Below, piece after piece: positions 17,304 to 27,422 of a DNA stretch of 46,295 nucleotides. The stretch covers positions 74,237 to 120,531 of the forward strand of contig PEZY01000005.1 of assembly GCA_002773855.1 (NCBI GenBank), read 5' to 3'. The translations under genes were made by a program, and so were the position numbers. The stretch comes from Candidatus Buchananbacteria bacterium CG10_big_fil_rev_8_21_14_0_10_33_19 (lineage in GTDB: Bacteria; Patescibacteriota; Patescibacteriia; 2-01-FULL-39-33). Within the stretch, counting starts at the first letter, position 1. Each line of letters begins with the position of its first letter. Under the pieces are notes generated by a model that was not told where the DNA came from, searched no databases, and saw only the letters and a program-made list of their open reading frames with translations.

Positions 17304-18620
17304 TTAAAAATCCCGAAGTTTTTCCACACCTTTAATTTTTTCTATCTTTTCCAAAGCTTTCGCTTCGATTTGCCTAATACGTTCACGTGTTACATCAAAC
17401 TCCTGACCCACTTCTTCTAGTGTATGAGCTACTCCATCTTTAAGTCCAAATCTCATTTCCAAAACTTTCTGTTCTCGGGGTGTTAATTGAGATATCACTT
17501 CTTGAACATAATCACCCAAAATCTGCAAAGCGGCTACTCTATCTGGAGTGACAGTTTTTTGATCCTCAATAAAATCTTCTAACACGCTATCATCACTATC
17601 ATCACCTACTGGCGTACCCAGTGATATTGTTTCTTGAGAAATTTTTATAATGTGATTAATCTTTTCAATATCCTCTCCCATTTCAGCCGCAATTTCCTCG
17701 GGCATTGGTTCCCGTCCTAAATCCTGAACTAATCTTCTTTCCACTTGTTGGAATTTATTAATATTTTCCACCATATGCACTGGAATTCTAATAGTTCTAG
17801 ATTGATCAGCTAGCGACCTAGTAATAGCCTGACGAATCCACCAAGTGGCATAAGTCGAAAACTTATAACCCTTATGGTAATCAAATTTATCCACGGCTCT
17901 AAACAAGCCAATATTACCCTCTTGAATTAAATCCAAAAGCGACAAACTCTTACCAGTAAATCTTTTGGCAATAGAAACTACTAATCTTAAATTGGCTTTA
18001 ATTAATTGATGTTTGGCTTCCATATTGCCTCGCTCAATTTCCTTGGCCAACATAATCTCCTCATCAGACTTCAAAAGTGGCACCCGACCAATTTCTCGCA
18101 AATACATCTGAATGGAATCAGTAGAAATATCACCCAAATTAATATCAATTTCTGCTAATTCTTTTAACTTAGCCATAGTGCGGCTTTTGGTTTTATCAAC
18201 TTTCTTAGGTTTAATTTCTTCTTTGAGCGCAAATGGGCTCTTTAGCATAGTACTGCCAAAAAAACCACCACTTTCCACCACACTGACACTGGCAGATGAT
18301 AAATCCTCTAATAATTCTTCGTATCTATCGACATATTCTTCCAACTCAGGGAAGATAATCATAATTTCTTGTTCTGTAATAAAACTTCGCGATCTACCTT
18401 TTCTGATAAGATTTATAATCGCTTCTTCGTCTGGTTTTATTTCTACCTTGGGAATTTTTAAAGTTTTAACCTTCTTTTTTAAAACAGCTGATTTTTTCGG
18501 CTGAGTTTTTTTCTTACTTATCGGGTTAACTTTTTTCCTAGTAGATTTTTTGACGGTTTTTTTTACAGAAACTTTTTTATTGGCCTTGGCTACAGCCTTA
18601 TTAACAATTTTTTTCGTCAT
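17304..18620 (-). CDS. rpoD: Primary RNA polymerase sigma factor
   Basis: [64 protein letters not shown]; Lys-rich N-terminal extension. Confidence 0.97.
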   Translation of the reverse strand: MTKKIVNKAVAKANKKVSVKKTVKKSTRKKVNPISKKKTQPKKSAVLKKKVKTLKIPKVEIKPDEEAIINLIRKGRSRSFITEQEIMIIFPELEEYVDRYEELLEDLSSASVSVVESGGFFGSTMLKSPFALKEEIKPKKVDKTKSRTMAKLKELAEIDINLGDISTDSIQMYLREIGRVPLLKSDEEIMLAKEIERGNMEAKHQLIKANLRLVVSIAKRFTGKSLSLLDLIQEGNIGLFRAVDKFDYHKGYKFSTYATWWIRQAITRSLADQSRTIRIPVHMVENINKFQQVERRLVQDLGREPMPEEIAAEMGEDIEKINHIIKISQETISLGTPVGDDSDDSVLEDFIEDQKTVTPDRVAALQILGDYVQEVISQLTPREQKVLEMRFGLKDGVAHTLEEVGQEFDVTRERIRQIEAKALEKIEKIKGVEKLRDF

Positions 18621-18724
18621 GAAAATTTTATGATTAAGACGGTTTAGTAATTTTATTTATCTAACAACCAAATTAAAAAAATAATACCAAACCAAACAAA
18701 ATAAAATATTTATTATTTAACTTA

Positions 18725-20626
18725 CTACTCTTTTCTTTTTAATAACTCTGATAATTCCAGCGACAAGCTATTGATCTTATTCGAATCAGATCTTTTTTCA
18801 GCTTCTTGCAAATCCTGGTTTAACAAACTTATTTTTTTATTTAAGTAATCGTTATTAAGTATTTTGAGAGTGGCGCTTAATTCGGCCTTAGCTTCCTTGG
18901 CTGTTAAATCAGCGAAATCTTTAGCGGAAAGCAAAAATGACTCGTCAAGCAAGTTAATAAGCTCTTGGTTACTTAAATTGTCTTCTTCTTTGAGAAAATC
19001 TTTAATAATACTGTGCAAATCCATTTCGGCTTTATCCACAGATAAAAGAGATTTTAATTCATTACTTTTACTATAGAATAACACTAATCTTTTGTAAAGG
19101 TCAAGGGCTACTCTGGTATATAAGTATTCGACCAATAAATCATCCACTAATTTAGGTAATAAAACTGGAAATTTTAAAATAATGGCTAAAATCCGGCTAA
19201 ACAACTGCAAATCCTTGGTTAACGCCTCATTGTTTACTACGCTTTTTATCTCGGAATTATTGCTGTCTGATACTATATTTTTTGGCAAATTAGACATTTC
19301 TTCTTGCAAAATACTCTCAGAAATACCAGTTTTTTGTGACAAGACTTTTCTCCAATGACCTATTTCTAATTTGTTATTAATTTTATTAATCCGTGGCAAC
19401 AATTTTCTAACCACTATTAATTTTTGATCAACATTATTAATGTCTATAGCTGAAAACTCTTTATCAAAAAAATATTCCATAATCGGCCTAGCCCGTGCTA
19501 CTGCCTCCTGCCAATTAGCTGGATTATTTTTAATCATTTCATCTGGGTCCTTGGCACCAATAATATTAACCACTTTTATGGTTATGCCATGACTGCCAGC
19601 ATAATCTTGTAACTTACCTCTTCTATCTTTTGATTGAAATCTGTAATTATTTAATGAATCTAATAAAGCATCGCCTTTAGTCGTAGCATTTTGACCAGCT
19701 ATATCAGCATCTAGGGCAAATAAAAAATTATTAGTATGTCTTTTGATTAATTCAAATTGATCCATAGTTAAAGCCGTGCCAGACGAAGCTACGACATTTT
19801 TAAAACCATGTTGGTGAGCAGTTATGGCATCCATTTGACCCTCAACTATCACAGCACTATCTTGTGATTTAATATAAGACTTAGATTTACTAAGAGCAAA
19901 AACAATTCGACTCTTATCATAAATATCAGTTTGAGGACTATTAATATATTTACCCATCACTTCTGTGGCTTCTTTGTCTGGACTGACTCGAGCCGTAAAA
20001 GCCACTGTATTGCCACTGGCATCATCAATTGGAAACATAATACGACTTCTAAAACGATCAAAAAAACCAAAGCCACTTTTCTTTTTCAGTGACAGACCAG
20101 CCAAAAATATTTCCTGATCATTAAAACCACGCTTTTTTAAAAAGTCATAAATATTAGTCCAACCATCTGGACTATAGCCAATTTGCCAATCAATAATTGT
20201 GTCCTCCGTTAAACCACGATTTAATAAATACTGTAAAGCCGGTTTGGCTGATTCACTATTGAGCAAGACATAATGATAATACTTCTTAGCTAGCTCCATG
20301 GCCTGCAGTAATCTGGTTTTTTGACTATTATCTTTGTGATCATAATTACTTAAAACCACACCAGCCTTTTTGGCCAAAACTTTCTTAGCCTCTGGAAACT
20401 CCAAGCCCTCTATTTTCATTAAAAATTCAAAAATATCACCACCCGCCCCACAACCAAAACACTTAAAAATCTTCTTTTCTGGACTAATCATCATTGATGG
20501 GGTTTTTTCGTTATGAAACGGACAAAGAGCTCTAAAATTAGAGCCCGCTTGAACCAATTTAACATACTCCGACATTAAATCGGTGATACTAATTCTATCT
20601 TTTATTTCATCAATTTCACTGGCCAT
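18725..20626 (-). CDS. dnaG: DNA primase
   Basis: CPFHNEKTPS..CFGC zinc finger, DRFRSRIMFPI, KYINSP, TOPRIM VEGQMD..DAD.AG, KDPDE. Confidence 0.97.
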   Translation of the reverse strand: MASEIDEIKDRISITDLMSEYVKLVQAGSNFRALCPFHNEKTPSMMISPEKKIFKCFGCGAGGDIFEFLMKIEGLEFPEAKKVLAKKAGVVLSNYDHKDNSQKTRLLQAMELAKKYYHYVLLNSESAKPALQYLLNRGLTEDTIIDWQIGYSPDGWTNIYDFLKKRGFNDQEIFLAGLSLKKKSGFGFFDRFRSRIMFPIDDASGNTVAFTARVSPDKEATEVMGKYINSPQTDIYDKSRIVFALSKSKSYIKSQDSAVIVEGQMDAITAHQHGFKNVVASSGTALTMDQFELIKRHTNNFLFALDADIAGQNATTKGDALLDSLNNYRFQSKDRRGKLQDYAGSHGITIKVVNIIGAKDPDEMIKNNPANWQEAVARARPIMEYFFDKEFSAIDINNVDQKLIVVRKLLPRINKINNKLEIGHWRKVLSQKTGISESILQEEMSNLPKNIVSDSNNSEIKSVVNNEALTKDLQLFSRILAIILKFPVLLPKLVDDLLVEYLYTRVALDLYKRLVLFYSKSNELKSLLSVDKAEMDLHSIIKDFLKEEDNLSNQELINLLDESFLLSAKDFADLTAKEAKAELSATLKILNNDYLNKKISLLNQDLQEAEKRSDSNKINSLSLELSELLKRKE

Positions 20627-20631
20627 AGTTA

Positions 20632-21213
20632 TTATAATTTATTCAACCTCTTGAAAAGATATCTTATCACAAACAATATTAATAAGCCAAACAAAGCATA
20701 ATACCTAGCATAACCACTATATTGACCTAAATATGTCCAAGATATGCCAATAAAATAACCAAAAAAAACAATAATGGTCATTTCTGATACTGTGCCAATT
20801 AAATTAAAAACTAAAAATTTTTTATATGGTATTTTTTGATAACCAGATGTCAAAACCGTTAATATTCTAAAGCCGTAAATAAACTTACTCATTACCAAAT
20901 AATAACGATAGTTATTATGAAATTTTTCGCCAAAAAGTGTTAATTTTTTCTGATATTTATTACCACCAAAATATTTTTTAAAATAATCTAAAAATATTTT
21001 TAACTTTGTACCCACTAAATACCACAAATTATCAGCCACAATTACTCCCGCCAAACTAAACAAAATAACCAAATAGATATTTAAAATATTAAGGGTAGCC
21101 AAAAATACAGCCGCTAACACTACTATTTCACCAGCAAAAATAGTCCCAAAAAATACTATAACATAACCATATTGTTTGATGATTTCAATAATAATCGGTA
21201 TTAAAGTTTCCAT
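20632..21213 (-). CDS. DedA/VTT family membrane protein
   Basis: YGY.IVF.G...GE, G...ADNLWY.VG, SKFIYGFR, Y..FL.FN. Confidence 0.85.
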   Translation of the reverse strand: METLIPIIIEIIKQYGYVIVFFGTIFAGEIVVLAAVFLATLNILNIYLVILFSLAGVIVADNLWYLVGTKLKIFLDYFKKYFGGNKYQKKLTLFGEKFHNNYRYYLVMSKFIYGFRILTVLTSGYQKIPYKKFLVFNLIGTVSEMTIIVFFGYFIGISWTYLGQYSGYARYYALFGLLILFVIRYLFKRLNKL

Positions 21214-21221
21214 AATTATTG

Positions 21222-21590
21222 TTAATTGTTTTGGCTTAAATCACCAACATAATAACTACTTAACAAGTCCCAAGCAAAATTAGAATGAATAGAAGCAAAA
21301 ACACCAGTCACCTCGCTACCACAGTTATCAGTAATATTATCGCGACCACCCGGATGCTTACCGATATACGACGACAAATCATAAATTTTACTATTAATAA
21401 CCAAATAACAATCATCCGGCGATGAATGAGCCGACACCTCGCTAAAAACTAGGTTAATTGTCGGCGAAATATTAACATTATTATCAACACTATAATTAAA
21501 ACCTGCCCAAGTATTAAAAAAATTAACAGTAAAAATACCGCCAACTATAATCACAAAAACTAACAAAAAAACCAAAGTTATTTTTTTCAT
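21222..21590 (-). CDS. Membrane-anchored cytochrome b5-like heme/steroid-binding protein
   Basis: EVSAHSSPDDCYLVINSKIYDLSSY..HPGG..CG.E.T..F...H. Confidence 0.88.
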   Translation of the reverse strand: MKKITLVFLLVFVIIVGGIFTVNFFNTWAGFNYSVDNNVNISPTINLVFSEVSAHSSPDDCYLVINSKIYDLSSYIGKHPGGRDNITDNCGSEVTGVFASIHSNFAWDLLSSYYVGDLSQNN

Positions 21591-21595
21591 TTAAT

Positions 21596-22891
21596 TTAAA
21601 AATTAAATTCTTCTGAATGGATTAATTTTTTATCAACACCCAAACCCACAATTTGCTGTTTCAAAGATTCTATCATAGACATTGGTGCGCAAATAAAAAT
21701 ATCTTTTTCAGCCAACGCTCCAGACACATTATTTATAGTATCAGCGTTAAGATAGCCACTCTTATCATAACAAAAAAGATGTACTTTTAATTTGGGATTC
21801 AAACTTCTAAGAAAATCCAAATATATTGACTCACTATCATTTTTAAGACAATAAAAAAGATCAATGGAATAATCATCATCCTTTTGGAGTGATTGAGCCA
21901 TACTCAAAAATGGCGTAATACCAATACCACCAGCAATCCAAATTTGATTTTTATAAACAGCATTTTGATGAGAAAAAGATCCAAATGGTCCCTCCACCTT
22001 AGCTATAGATCCTGGTTTCAAATTAACCATTTTATTAGTATAGTCACCCAAACCTTTAACTGTAATTTTCAACAAATCATCTTCGGGCCTAGACGAAATA
22101 GTAAAAGGATGGCTTTCTTTGGAAATTGACGGATCAATAAAACTGATAAAAATAAACTGTCCCGCTCTAAACTTTAATTTTTTAGTTTGTGGCTTCAGAC
22201 TTATCTCCCACACCTTATCATTTAAAAGCACTACACTCTCAATTATATAACTATATTTTTTAACCAAATATTTACCCAATATAGTTCTGTAAACAAAAAC
22301 AGTTACCCCTAGAAATGCCAAACTAAACATATAAAACTTAAGCGGTGCATATCTAGATATATCACTAGGTATTAACAAAGCATGAAGAGATCCCAGAAAA
22401 AAAGCTAAGCCAAAAAATTTATGAGTTATCTTCCACAGATTATACTTTGGGCGCAGATACAGAGTTAAAACAATCAACAATACCATTAAACCTAAGGACA
22501 TAATGCCTAAATTTTTTGGTAAATCAGAACTTAAAGAAAAAAAGTAGACTGCTCCAGCCAATGAACCACCGGCATATTTAAAAATAAGTAACAAAGGATG
22601 AATTAAAAATAATATAAAAGCCCATTGACCAATCAAACTATGCTTAGCATAAACATTATTTAAACCCTTAAAATATTTATCCAGAAAAATAAACCGACCA
22701 CTTAAAATCAAACTAATAGAAAACAAGGCCATGCCCACCAAGGCGGTTAGCTGTCCAAAGCTCGAGGCTATAGCTAGTAAACTACTAAACCTAGGCAAAC
22801 TTGGTGGTGCTAAAAACCATAAGCCAATTGGTATAATCGCCAAAACTACAATAGTCAACCAAGCATGATTTAATTGAGAGTTTTTTTTCAT
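21596..22891 (-). CDS. Ferric reductase-like transmembrane oxidoreductase with FAD/NAD-binding domains
   Basis: Six TMs with paired His (KHS..IHP; THK..LHA), HPFTISS, VEGPFG, IAGGIGITPF, C-terminal EEF. Confidence 0.9.
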   Translation of the reverse strand: MKKNSQLNHAWLTIVVLAIIPIGLWFLAPPSLPRFSSLLAIASSFGQLTALVGMALFSISLILSGRFIFLDKYFKGLNNVYAKHSLIGQWAFILFLIHPLLLIFKYAGGSLAGAVYFFSLSSDLPKNLGIMSLGLMVLLIVLTLYLRPKYNLWKITHKFFGLAFFLGSLHALLIPSDISRYAPLKFYMFSLAFLGVTVFVYRTILGKYLVKKYSYIIESVVLLNDKVWEISLKPQTKKLKFRAGQFIFISFIDPSISKESHPFTISSRPEDDLLKITVKGLGDYTNKMVNLKPGSIAKVEGPFGSFSHQNAVYKNQIWIAGGIGITPFLSMAQSLQKDDDYSIDLFYCLKNDSESIYLDFLRSLNPKLKVHLFCYDKSGYLNADTINNVSGALAEKDIFICAPMSMIESLKQQIVGLGVDKKLIHSEEFNF

Positions 22892-22900
22892 ATCAATATT

Positions 22901-24007
22901 TTATTTGATTTTTAAATAATTAGACGCTAAATAAGTAGACACCGGCAAAGACAAAGCCACTCCAACACTACCGACTAACGACCTGACAATTTCGGTGGCA
23001 ATAATTTCATTATTAATCACTGACGAAACAGACAAAAATGGCTGCTGATGAACCACAAACAATAATAGAAGTGGCAAAGAAGCACCGGCATAAGTTAAAA
23101 ATAAAGTATTAATAATTGCTCCCAAATGAGTATTGCCAATTTTATAGGCCCGTCTAAAAACCTCTACCTTAGATAAATCAGGATTAGCTTCTTTAATCTG
23201 TTCGACTGCCTCTATTTGACCAACAATCACATCGTCTAATACGCCAACTGTACCAATAAGTATACCAGCTAACAACAATCCCTTAAAATCTATAGCCTGT
23301 TTACCAATACCAATCAAAAAGGCGGCCTCTTCCTGAGCCATACCGGTTAACCTAGTTAAATTAGTAAAAATTACTGATAAAACCATTGTAGCAACCAAAG
23401 ACAATAAAACACTAACAATCGCTAAATGTGATTTTTGATTAAACCCCCCTGTTAAATAAATCATAATGGCCAGAATCAAAAAAGCTCCAATTACACCAAC
23501 AACTAACGGATTACTACCAGCTAAAATTTGCGGTAAAATTAATTTAATAATTACAAAAAAACTTAAAACCAAACTAATCAAAGCTTTTACCCCCTTTGAT
23601 CTGCCAGCCACTACGACAATAACCGCAAACACAATAGTCAGTATATACAAATAGCCTCGTCTAACAAAATCAACAATATAAAATTTATCAATGTTATCTA
23701 AATCCAGACTCCCTTGCACTAAAACTCTATCACCTACTCTATAGACATTAGCACCTACCACCTCAAATTCCGAAATACCATTATATTCTATCTCTTGATT
23801 CTTAAAATTACCGTCCAAGCCTCTCAACAAAATATTTTGCTGGATTAATTTACTGCTATCGTCTCTGATAATTTCTTTTTGATCTAATATTTTAATTACT
23901 TTAGCTTCAAAAATTTCACTACTAGCACTGGAATTATCTTGAGCTAAAATTGATAGTGGCACCAACAACACAATCAGTGATATTAAAATTGTTATTTTTT
24001 TAATCAT
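22901..24007 (-). CDS. YibE/F family membrane protein
   Basis: GILIGTVGVLDDV, G..H.GA.INTL.L.YAGASLPLLL, EIVRSLVGS.G. Confidence 0.9.
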   Translation of the reverse strand: MIKKITILISLIVLLVPLSILAQDNSSASSEIFEAKVIKILDQKEIIRDDSSKLIQQNILLRGLDGNFKNQEIEYNGISEFEVVGANVYRVGDRVLVQGSLDLDNIDKFYIVDFVRRGYLYILTIVFAVIVVVAGRSKGVKALISLVLSFFVIIKLILPQILAGSNPLVVGVIGAFLILAIMIYLTGGFNQKSHLAIVSVLLSLVATMVLSVIFTNLTRLTGMAQEEAAFLIGIGKQAIDFKGLLLAGILIGTVGVLDDVIVGQIEAVEQIKEANPDLSKVEVFRRAYKIGNTHLGAIINTLFLTYAGASLPLLLLFVVHQQPFLSVSSVINNEIIATEIVRSLVGSVGVALSLPVSTYLASNYLKIK

Positions 24008-24056
24008 ACTAAAATTATTTAGCCATCATCACAAAATATTTTGTTGATTTAATTAA

Positions 24057-24680
24057 TTATATTTTTTTAGCAATAAAATTTAAATAATTTTTTGACCTGG
24101 GTTTAAATTCTTCAAAATAGATTATTTCAAAACCAGCAAATCTGAGTAATTCTTCGACTTCTGATTTAGTATAAAAACTAAACCATCTTGTCATATCACT
24201 ATCAAAGCTATCACGGTACCCTTCGGTGTCACCTTCTATTAAACCTAGTCCAAATACACCATCAGTTTTTAATACCCGCTTAATTTCTGACAACACTTGA
24301 GATACTTCTGATTTAGGTATATGTAATAACGAAGTATAAGACCACACCCCACCAAAAGTCTGATCAGCAAAAGGCAAATTATTAAAATCTCCTAAAACAG
24401 AATTAAGGCCTCTAGCCTGGCAAATTTCCACCATAGCTTCTGAAGCTTCCAAGCAAGTCACCTCTAAGCCCTCTTGTTTTAAAATTAAGCCATCACGCCC
24501 TGGCCCACTACCAATATCTAATACATTACCTACTGCTAACTTTTTAAATTGACTAATAAAAGGTTTAGGAAAAAGTTGCCAAAAATCAATCGTCTCCTGA
24601 TCATAGTCTTGGGCTTTTTGATTATAAGTTTGAATGGTTTTAAGATCCATAAAATTTAGACTACTATCATTAATAAACAT
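24057..24680 (-). CDS. Class I SAM-dependent methyltransferase
   Basis: VLDIGSGPGRD, GDFNNLPF, SLLHIPK; start may be the ATG at 24650. Confidence 0.88.
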   Translation of the reverse strand: MFINDSSLNFMDLKTIQTYNQKAQDYDQETIDFWQLFPKPFISQFKKLAVGNVLDIGSGPGRDGLILKQEGLEVTCLEASEAMVEICQARGLNSVLGDFNNLPFADQTFGGVWSYTSLLHIPKSEVSQVLSEIKRVLKTDGVFGLGLIEGDTEGYRDSFDSDMTRWFSFYTKSEVEELLRFAGFEIIYFEEFKPRSKNYLNFIAKKI

Positions 24681-24857
24681 GGTACTATAACTAGATATTA
24701 CAAGTAATATAAGAGTATCTTAGCACGATTTTAAGCCTTTTTTCAATATATCTGAATCGAGCTCCAATTTTATTAACATATGATTAAAGCAAGACACTTA
24801 TTTTAAATTTAATAATAACAAACAGACACCATCAAATAATGTATTTTTGTTAACTAC

Positions 24858-25325
24858 TTAGATATTTATGGCTTGCTTGATTGTCATTTCCAATTTACTG
24901 GAATCATCTGTCCCTACACGATAAATTTTTCTGTTTTTCATTGTTATTTCAACCGCATCAAAACCAGAAACATTATATATCCACATTTTGGGCCATAACC
25001 ATAGTCTTATTCCCCAGCCATAATACCAATGATTTTTTACTTGTTTTACTGATATTATTTCACTAAGCAAAAACTTTTTTCTAAAAATTCCATAACCAAA
25101 TTTAATCCTAAGATATTTTTTATCAATGGAAGTTGTCAAGACGGTAAATGATGTCAAAATAACCAGAATTAATGTCATTACACTCGTAACCAATAAATTT
25201 GTACCGGAATCAACAGACGGTGATTCAGCTCTAGCCGTTATTTGAAGCCATGCAAAAAACATCAACACAGCCAGCACAACCACTAACATTAAATATCCAA
25301 TTTGAGTGTGTTTGTATGAAGTCAT
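24858..25325 (-). CDS. Hypothetical membrane protein (2 TM plus PH-like soluble domain)
   Basis: Two TMs then FGYG..GWGIR..YNVSG.DAVEI..GTDD. Confidence 0.7.
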   Translation of the reverse strand: MTSYKHTQIGYLMLVVVLAVLMFFAWLQITARAESPSVDSGTNLLVTSVMTLILVILTSFTVLTTSIDKKYLRIKFGYGIFRKKFLLSEIISVKQVKNHWYYGWGIRLWLWPKMWIYNVSGFDAVEITMKNRKIYRVGTDDSSKLEMTIKQAINI

Positions 25326-25334
25326 AAGTTATGT

Positions 25335-26144
25335 TTATTTAATTGTTTGGATAATTTTATCAACCATTGCGTCAACATCAAAAGTTTCTCTTTCACTGAC
25401 ACAAGCCTTATTTTGTGCTTCATCGTAATTGTTGCAGTTAGGATAACGCAAAATAAAACTAACCTTAACTAGTTTGTCATTTTTAATAGTAGTATAGGTA
25501 TATGACGAGTACACACTACCAGCCGCACCTTCGTTTTTTATATTCATGCAGTAAATTCTGTCATCAACTAACCTCTGATAAGTTACATCCGCCAAGCTAC
25601 TTACTTCCATTGGTGTAGTTTTGCAGGAAAAAGTTCCTGTTTCTATTTTCACGACTGGTGGCCAGTCTACAACGCTGATATATTTTGCCAGTAACCCTTT
25701 GGGGTATTGATATGTTATTCCATCGTCATTAGTGATTATCGTCCAGTGATTATTATTGGCATTATTGCTGTTTTCAATAATAGTCCAAAGCGAATAGTAA
25801 CGGCTGTAATATTTGTGAGTGGCAACCGCGCTGGCTCCTGTTGATGATTTAAAAATATAACCCGAGCCCATTTGCTCTATAAAATAATAATCCTTTTCTT
25901 TCATAAAAGACTTTATTATCTCCAAATTACCACTTTTGGTAATGTATTTATTTTCTCCAATATCTAATTTAACAACATCTCTATTGCCAAAAGTTAGCTG
26001 GGAAATACCTTTAATTTGTGGCCAAGGATTGCCTTCTTGGAAAATTACTGACGAGTAGAAAAACATAAAAATACCCAACACTAAGATAGTGACGGATATA
26101 AGCAACAAAACCTTTTTATTTTTTGATGAGTGTTCAAAAATCAT
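25335..26144 (-). CDS. Hypothetical membrane-anchored protein
   Basis: N-terminal TM; second domain with 4 Cys and EGAAGSVY..Y.Y. Confidence 0.7.
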   Translation of the reverse strand: MIFEHSSKNKKVLLLISVTILVLGIFMFFYSSVIFQEGNPWPQIKGISQLTFGNRDVVKLDIGENKYITKSGNLEIIKSFMKEKDYYFIEQMGSGYIFKSSTGASAVATHKYYSRYYSLWTIIENSNNANNNHWTIITNDDGITYQYPKGLLAKYISVVDWPPVVKIETGTFSCKTTPMEVSSLADVTYQRLVDDRIYCMNIKNEGAAGSVYSSYTYTTIKNDKLVKVSFILRYPNCNNYDEAQNKACVSERETFDVDAMVDKIIQTIK

Positions 26145-26150
26145 AATAGA

Positions 26151-26333
26151 TTATTTTTTCTTTCTGCCTCTAACTACAATAACAATAGTAGCAATAATTA
26201 GGACGAGACCAATTCCTTGTAATCCAGGACTATCGTCAAATTCACCAAATATAATAAAAAATATTCCCAGTAACACTGCTAGAATTTTCGGGATCCAATA
26301 TAAGATTTTATTTTTTATGTCAGAGTAGTTCAT
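26151..26333 (-). CDS. Small two-TM membrane protein
   Basis: TM-DDSPGLQGIG-TM-RGRKKK; TATACT just upstream. Confidence 0.65.
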   Translation of the reverse strand: MNYSDIKNKILYWIPKILAVLLGIFFIIFGEFDDSPGLQGIGLVLIIATIVIVVRGRKKK

Positions 26334-26393
26334 TTACTTATAGTATAGCTCAAAAATTAACTTTATTGAATGGCTGATTTTTATAGCAAAAAC

Positions 26394-26423
26394 AAAAACA
26401 GCGACCAAAAAGTCGTTGTTTTT
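26394..26423 (-). terminator. Terminator downstream of tRNA-Ser
   Basis: AAAAACAGCGAC-CAAAAA-GTCGTTGTTTTT. Confidence 0.65.
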
Positions 26424-26497
26424 ATTTAACTATTTATGCATGCGAGTCGCACATTTGTCATAGACAAATGGGTTGACCTCGATAATAAATTGTAACT

Positions 26498-26587
26498 TGG
26501 CGGAGAGAACAGGATTCGAACCTGCGGTACCTTTTACAGTACACACGCTTTCCAAGCGTGCGCCTTCAACCACTCGGCCACCTCTCC
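26498..26587 (-). tRNA. tRNA-Ser(GGA), CCA encoded
   Basis: GGAGAGG..GCCGAGTGGTTGAAGGC..CACGC-TTGGAAA-GCGTG, long variable arm, GCAGG-TTCGAAT-CCTGT, TCTCTCC-GCCA. Confidence 0.97.
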
Positions 26588-26685
26588 AAATTTACTCGGC
26601 AAGGCCTCGAACAAAAAAATGTTGTCCTCGCGTTTCCAGGGTTCCTTTTTGTCACCCGTAAAATACTCAAAAGTAGACTACCCCA

Positions 26686-26714
26686 ATTTTAACCAAAATA
26701 ATGAATTTTGTCCA
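26686..26714 (-). promoter_or_regulatory. Promoter for tRNA-Ser
   Basis: TGGACA-17 nt-TAAAAT. Confidence 0.55.
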
Positions 26715-26721
26715 TAAAAGC

Positions 26722-26752
26722 CAAACACTTCAGACTAGGTCTGAAGTGTTTG
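26722..26752 (-). terminator. 14-bp perfect inverted repeat ending the gatC-gatA-thioredoxin unit
   Basis: CAAACACTTCAGAC-TAG-GTCTGAAGTGTTTG. Confidence 0.75.
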
Positions 26753-26788
26753 ATTTATGGTAATTTAGCCAAATTCTAAAATTTGATT

Positions 26789-27388
26789 TTATTTGATCAT
26801 ATCTTCAATCAAAGCCTCGAATTCTACTTTCTCAGCCGCTAAATCTTGCTTTTGTTCATAACCATTACCAATCCGAGAATACTTACAACCAAAAACGAAA
26901 GTTGGAATAGAACCACCTGGGTTAAATTCTTTGTAAATTGCTAAATCCTTTGCTGGCACGACAGATTCTTTTTGAGCAGTTAAGGTATTATCATTTGTGT
27001 CTACTTCCCAATGATAAGCTACGATTTTACCTTCAGCTACATATTTACTAACCACTTCATCAAAAGTATCTTTGATCCATTGGCAATGAGGACACCAAGT
27101 CGTCGAAAATAAATAAACCACTGGTTTACCATCTTCGGTACATATTTCAGCTTCAGACTTTTCTGAAAAAGTAGTCACACCCGGCACATTAGCCTGATTT
27201 TGAGCTACTGGTTGTTGCTGATTATTATCACCAGTTACCACATTTTGTTGCCCAGCCACACTAGGAGTGTTACCACTCTTACCACTTAGAAACACTACAC
27301 CCAAAATTATTAAACCAATAACACTAATAGAAGCTATACCGCCAAAAAGGCCTAAGAGAAATTGTTGGTTTTTAACACCTTCACTCAT
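26789..27388 (-). CDS. Membrane-anchored thioredoxin-like (DsbA-type CPHC) protein
   Basis: FSTTWCPHC, cis-Pro SIPTFVF, N-terminal TM. Confidence 0.85.
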   Translation of the reverse strand: MSEGVKNQQFLLGLFGGIASISVIGLIILGVVFLSGKSGNTPSVAGQQNVVTGDNNQQQPVAQNQANVPGVTTFSEKSEAEICTEDGKPVVYLFSTTWCPHCQWIKDTFDEVVSKYVAEGKIVAYHWEVDTNDNTLTAQKESVVPAKDLAIYKEFNPGGSIPTFVFGCKYSRIGNGYEQKQDLAAEKVEFEALIEDMIK

Positions 27389-27422
27389 ATTTTTTTAAAA
27401 TTATTTATTATCTTTAAATTTA

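Noticed and set aside
16833-17307. ORFs 16833-17231 and 17017-17307 (+)
   Set aside because: Antisense to tRNA-Asn and its repeats; open only because of local GC richness.
26473-26661. 62-aa ORF (+)
   Set aside because: Antisense translation of tRNA-Ser.
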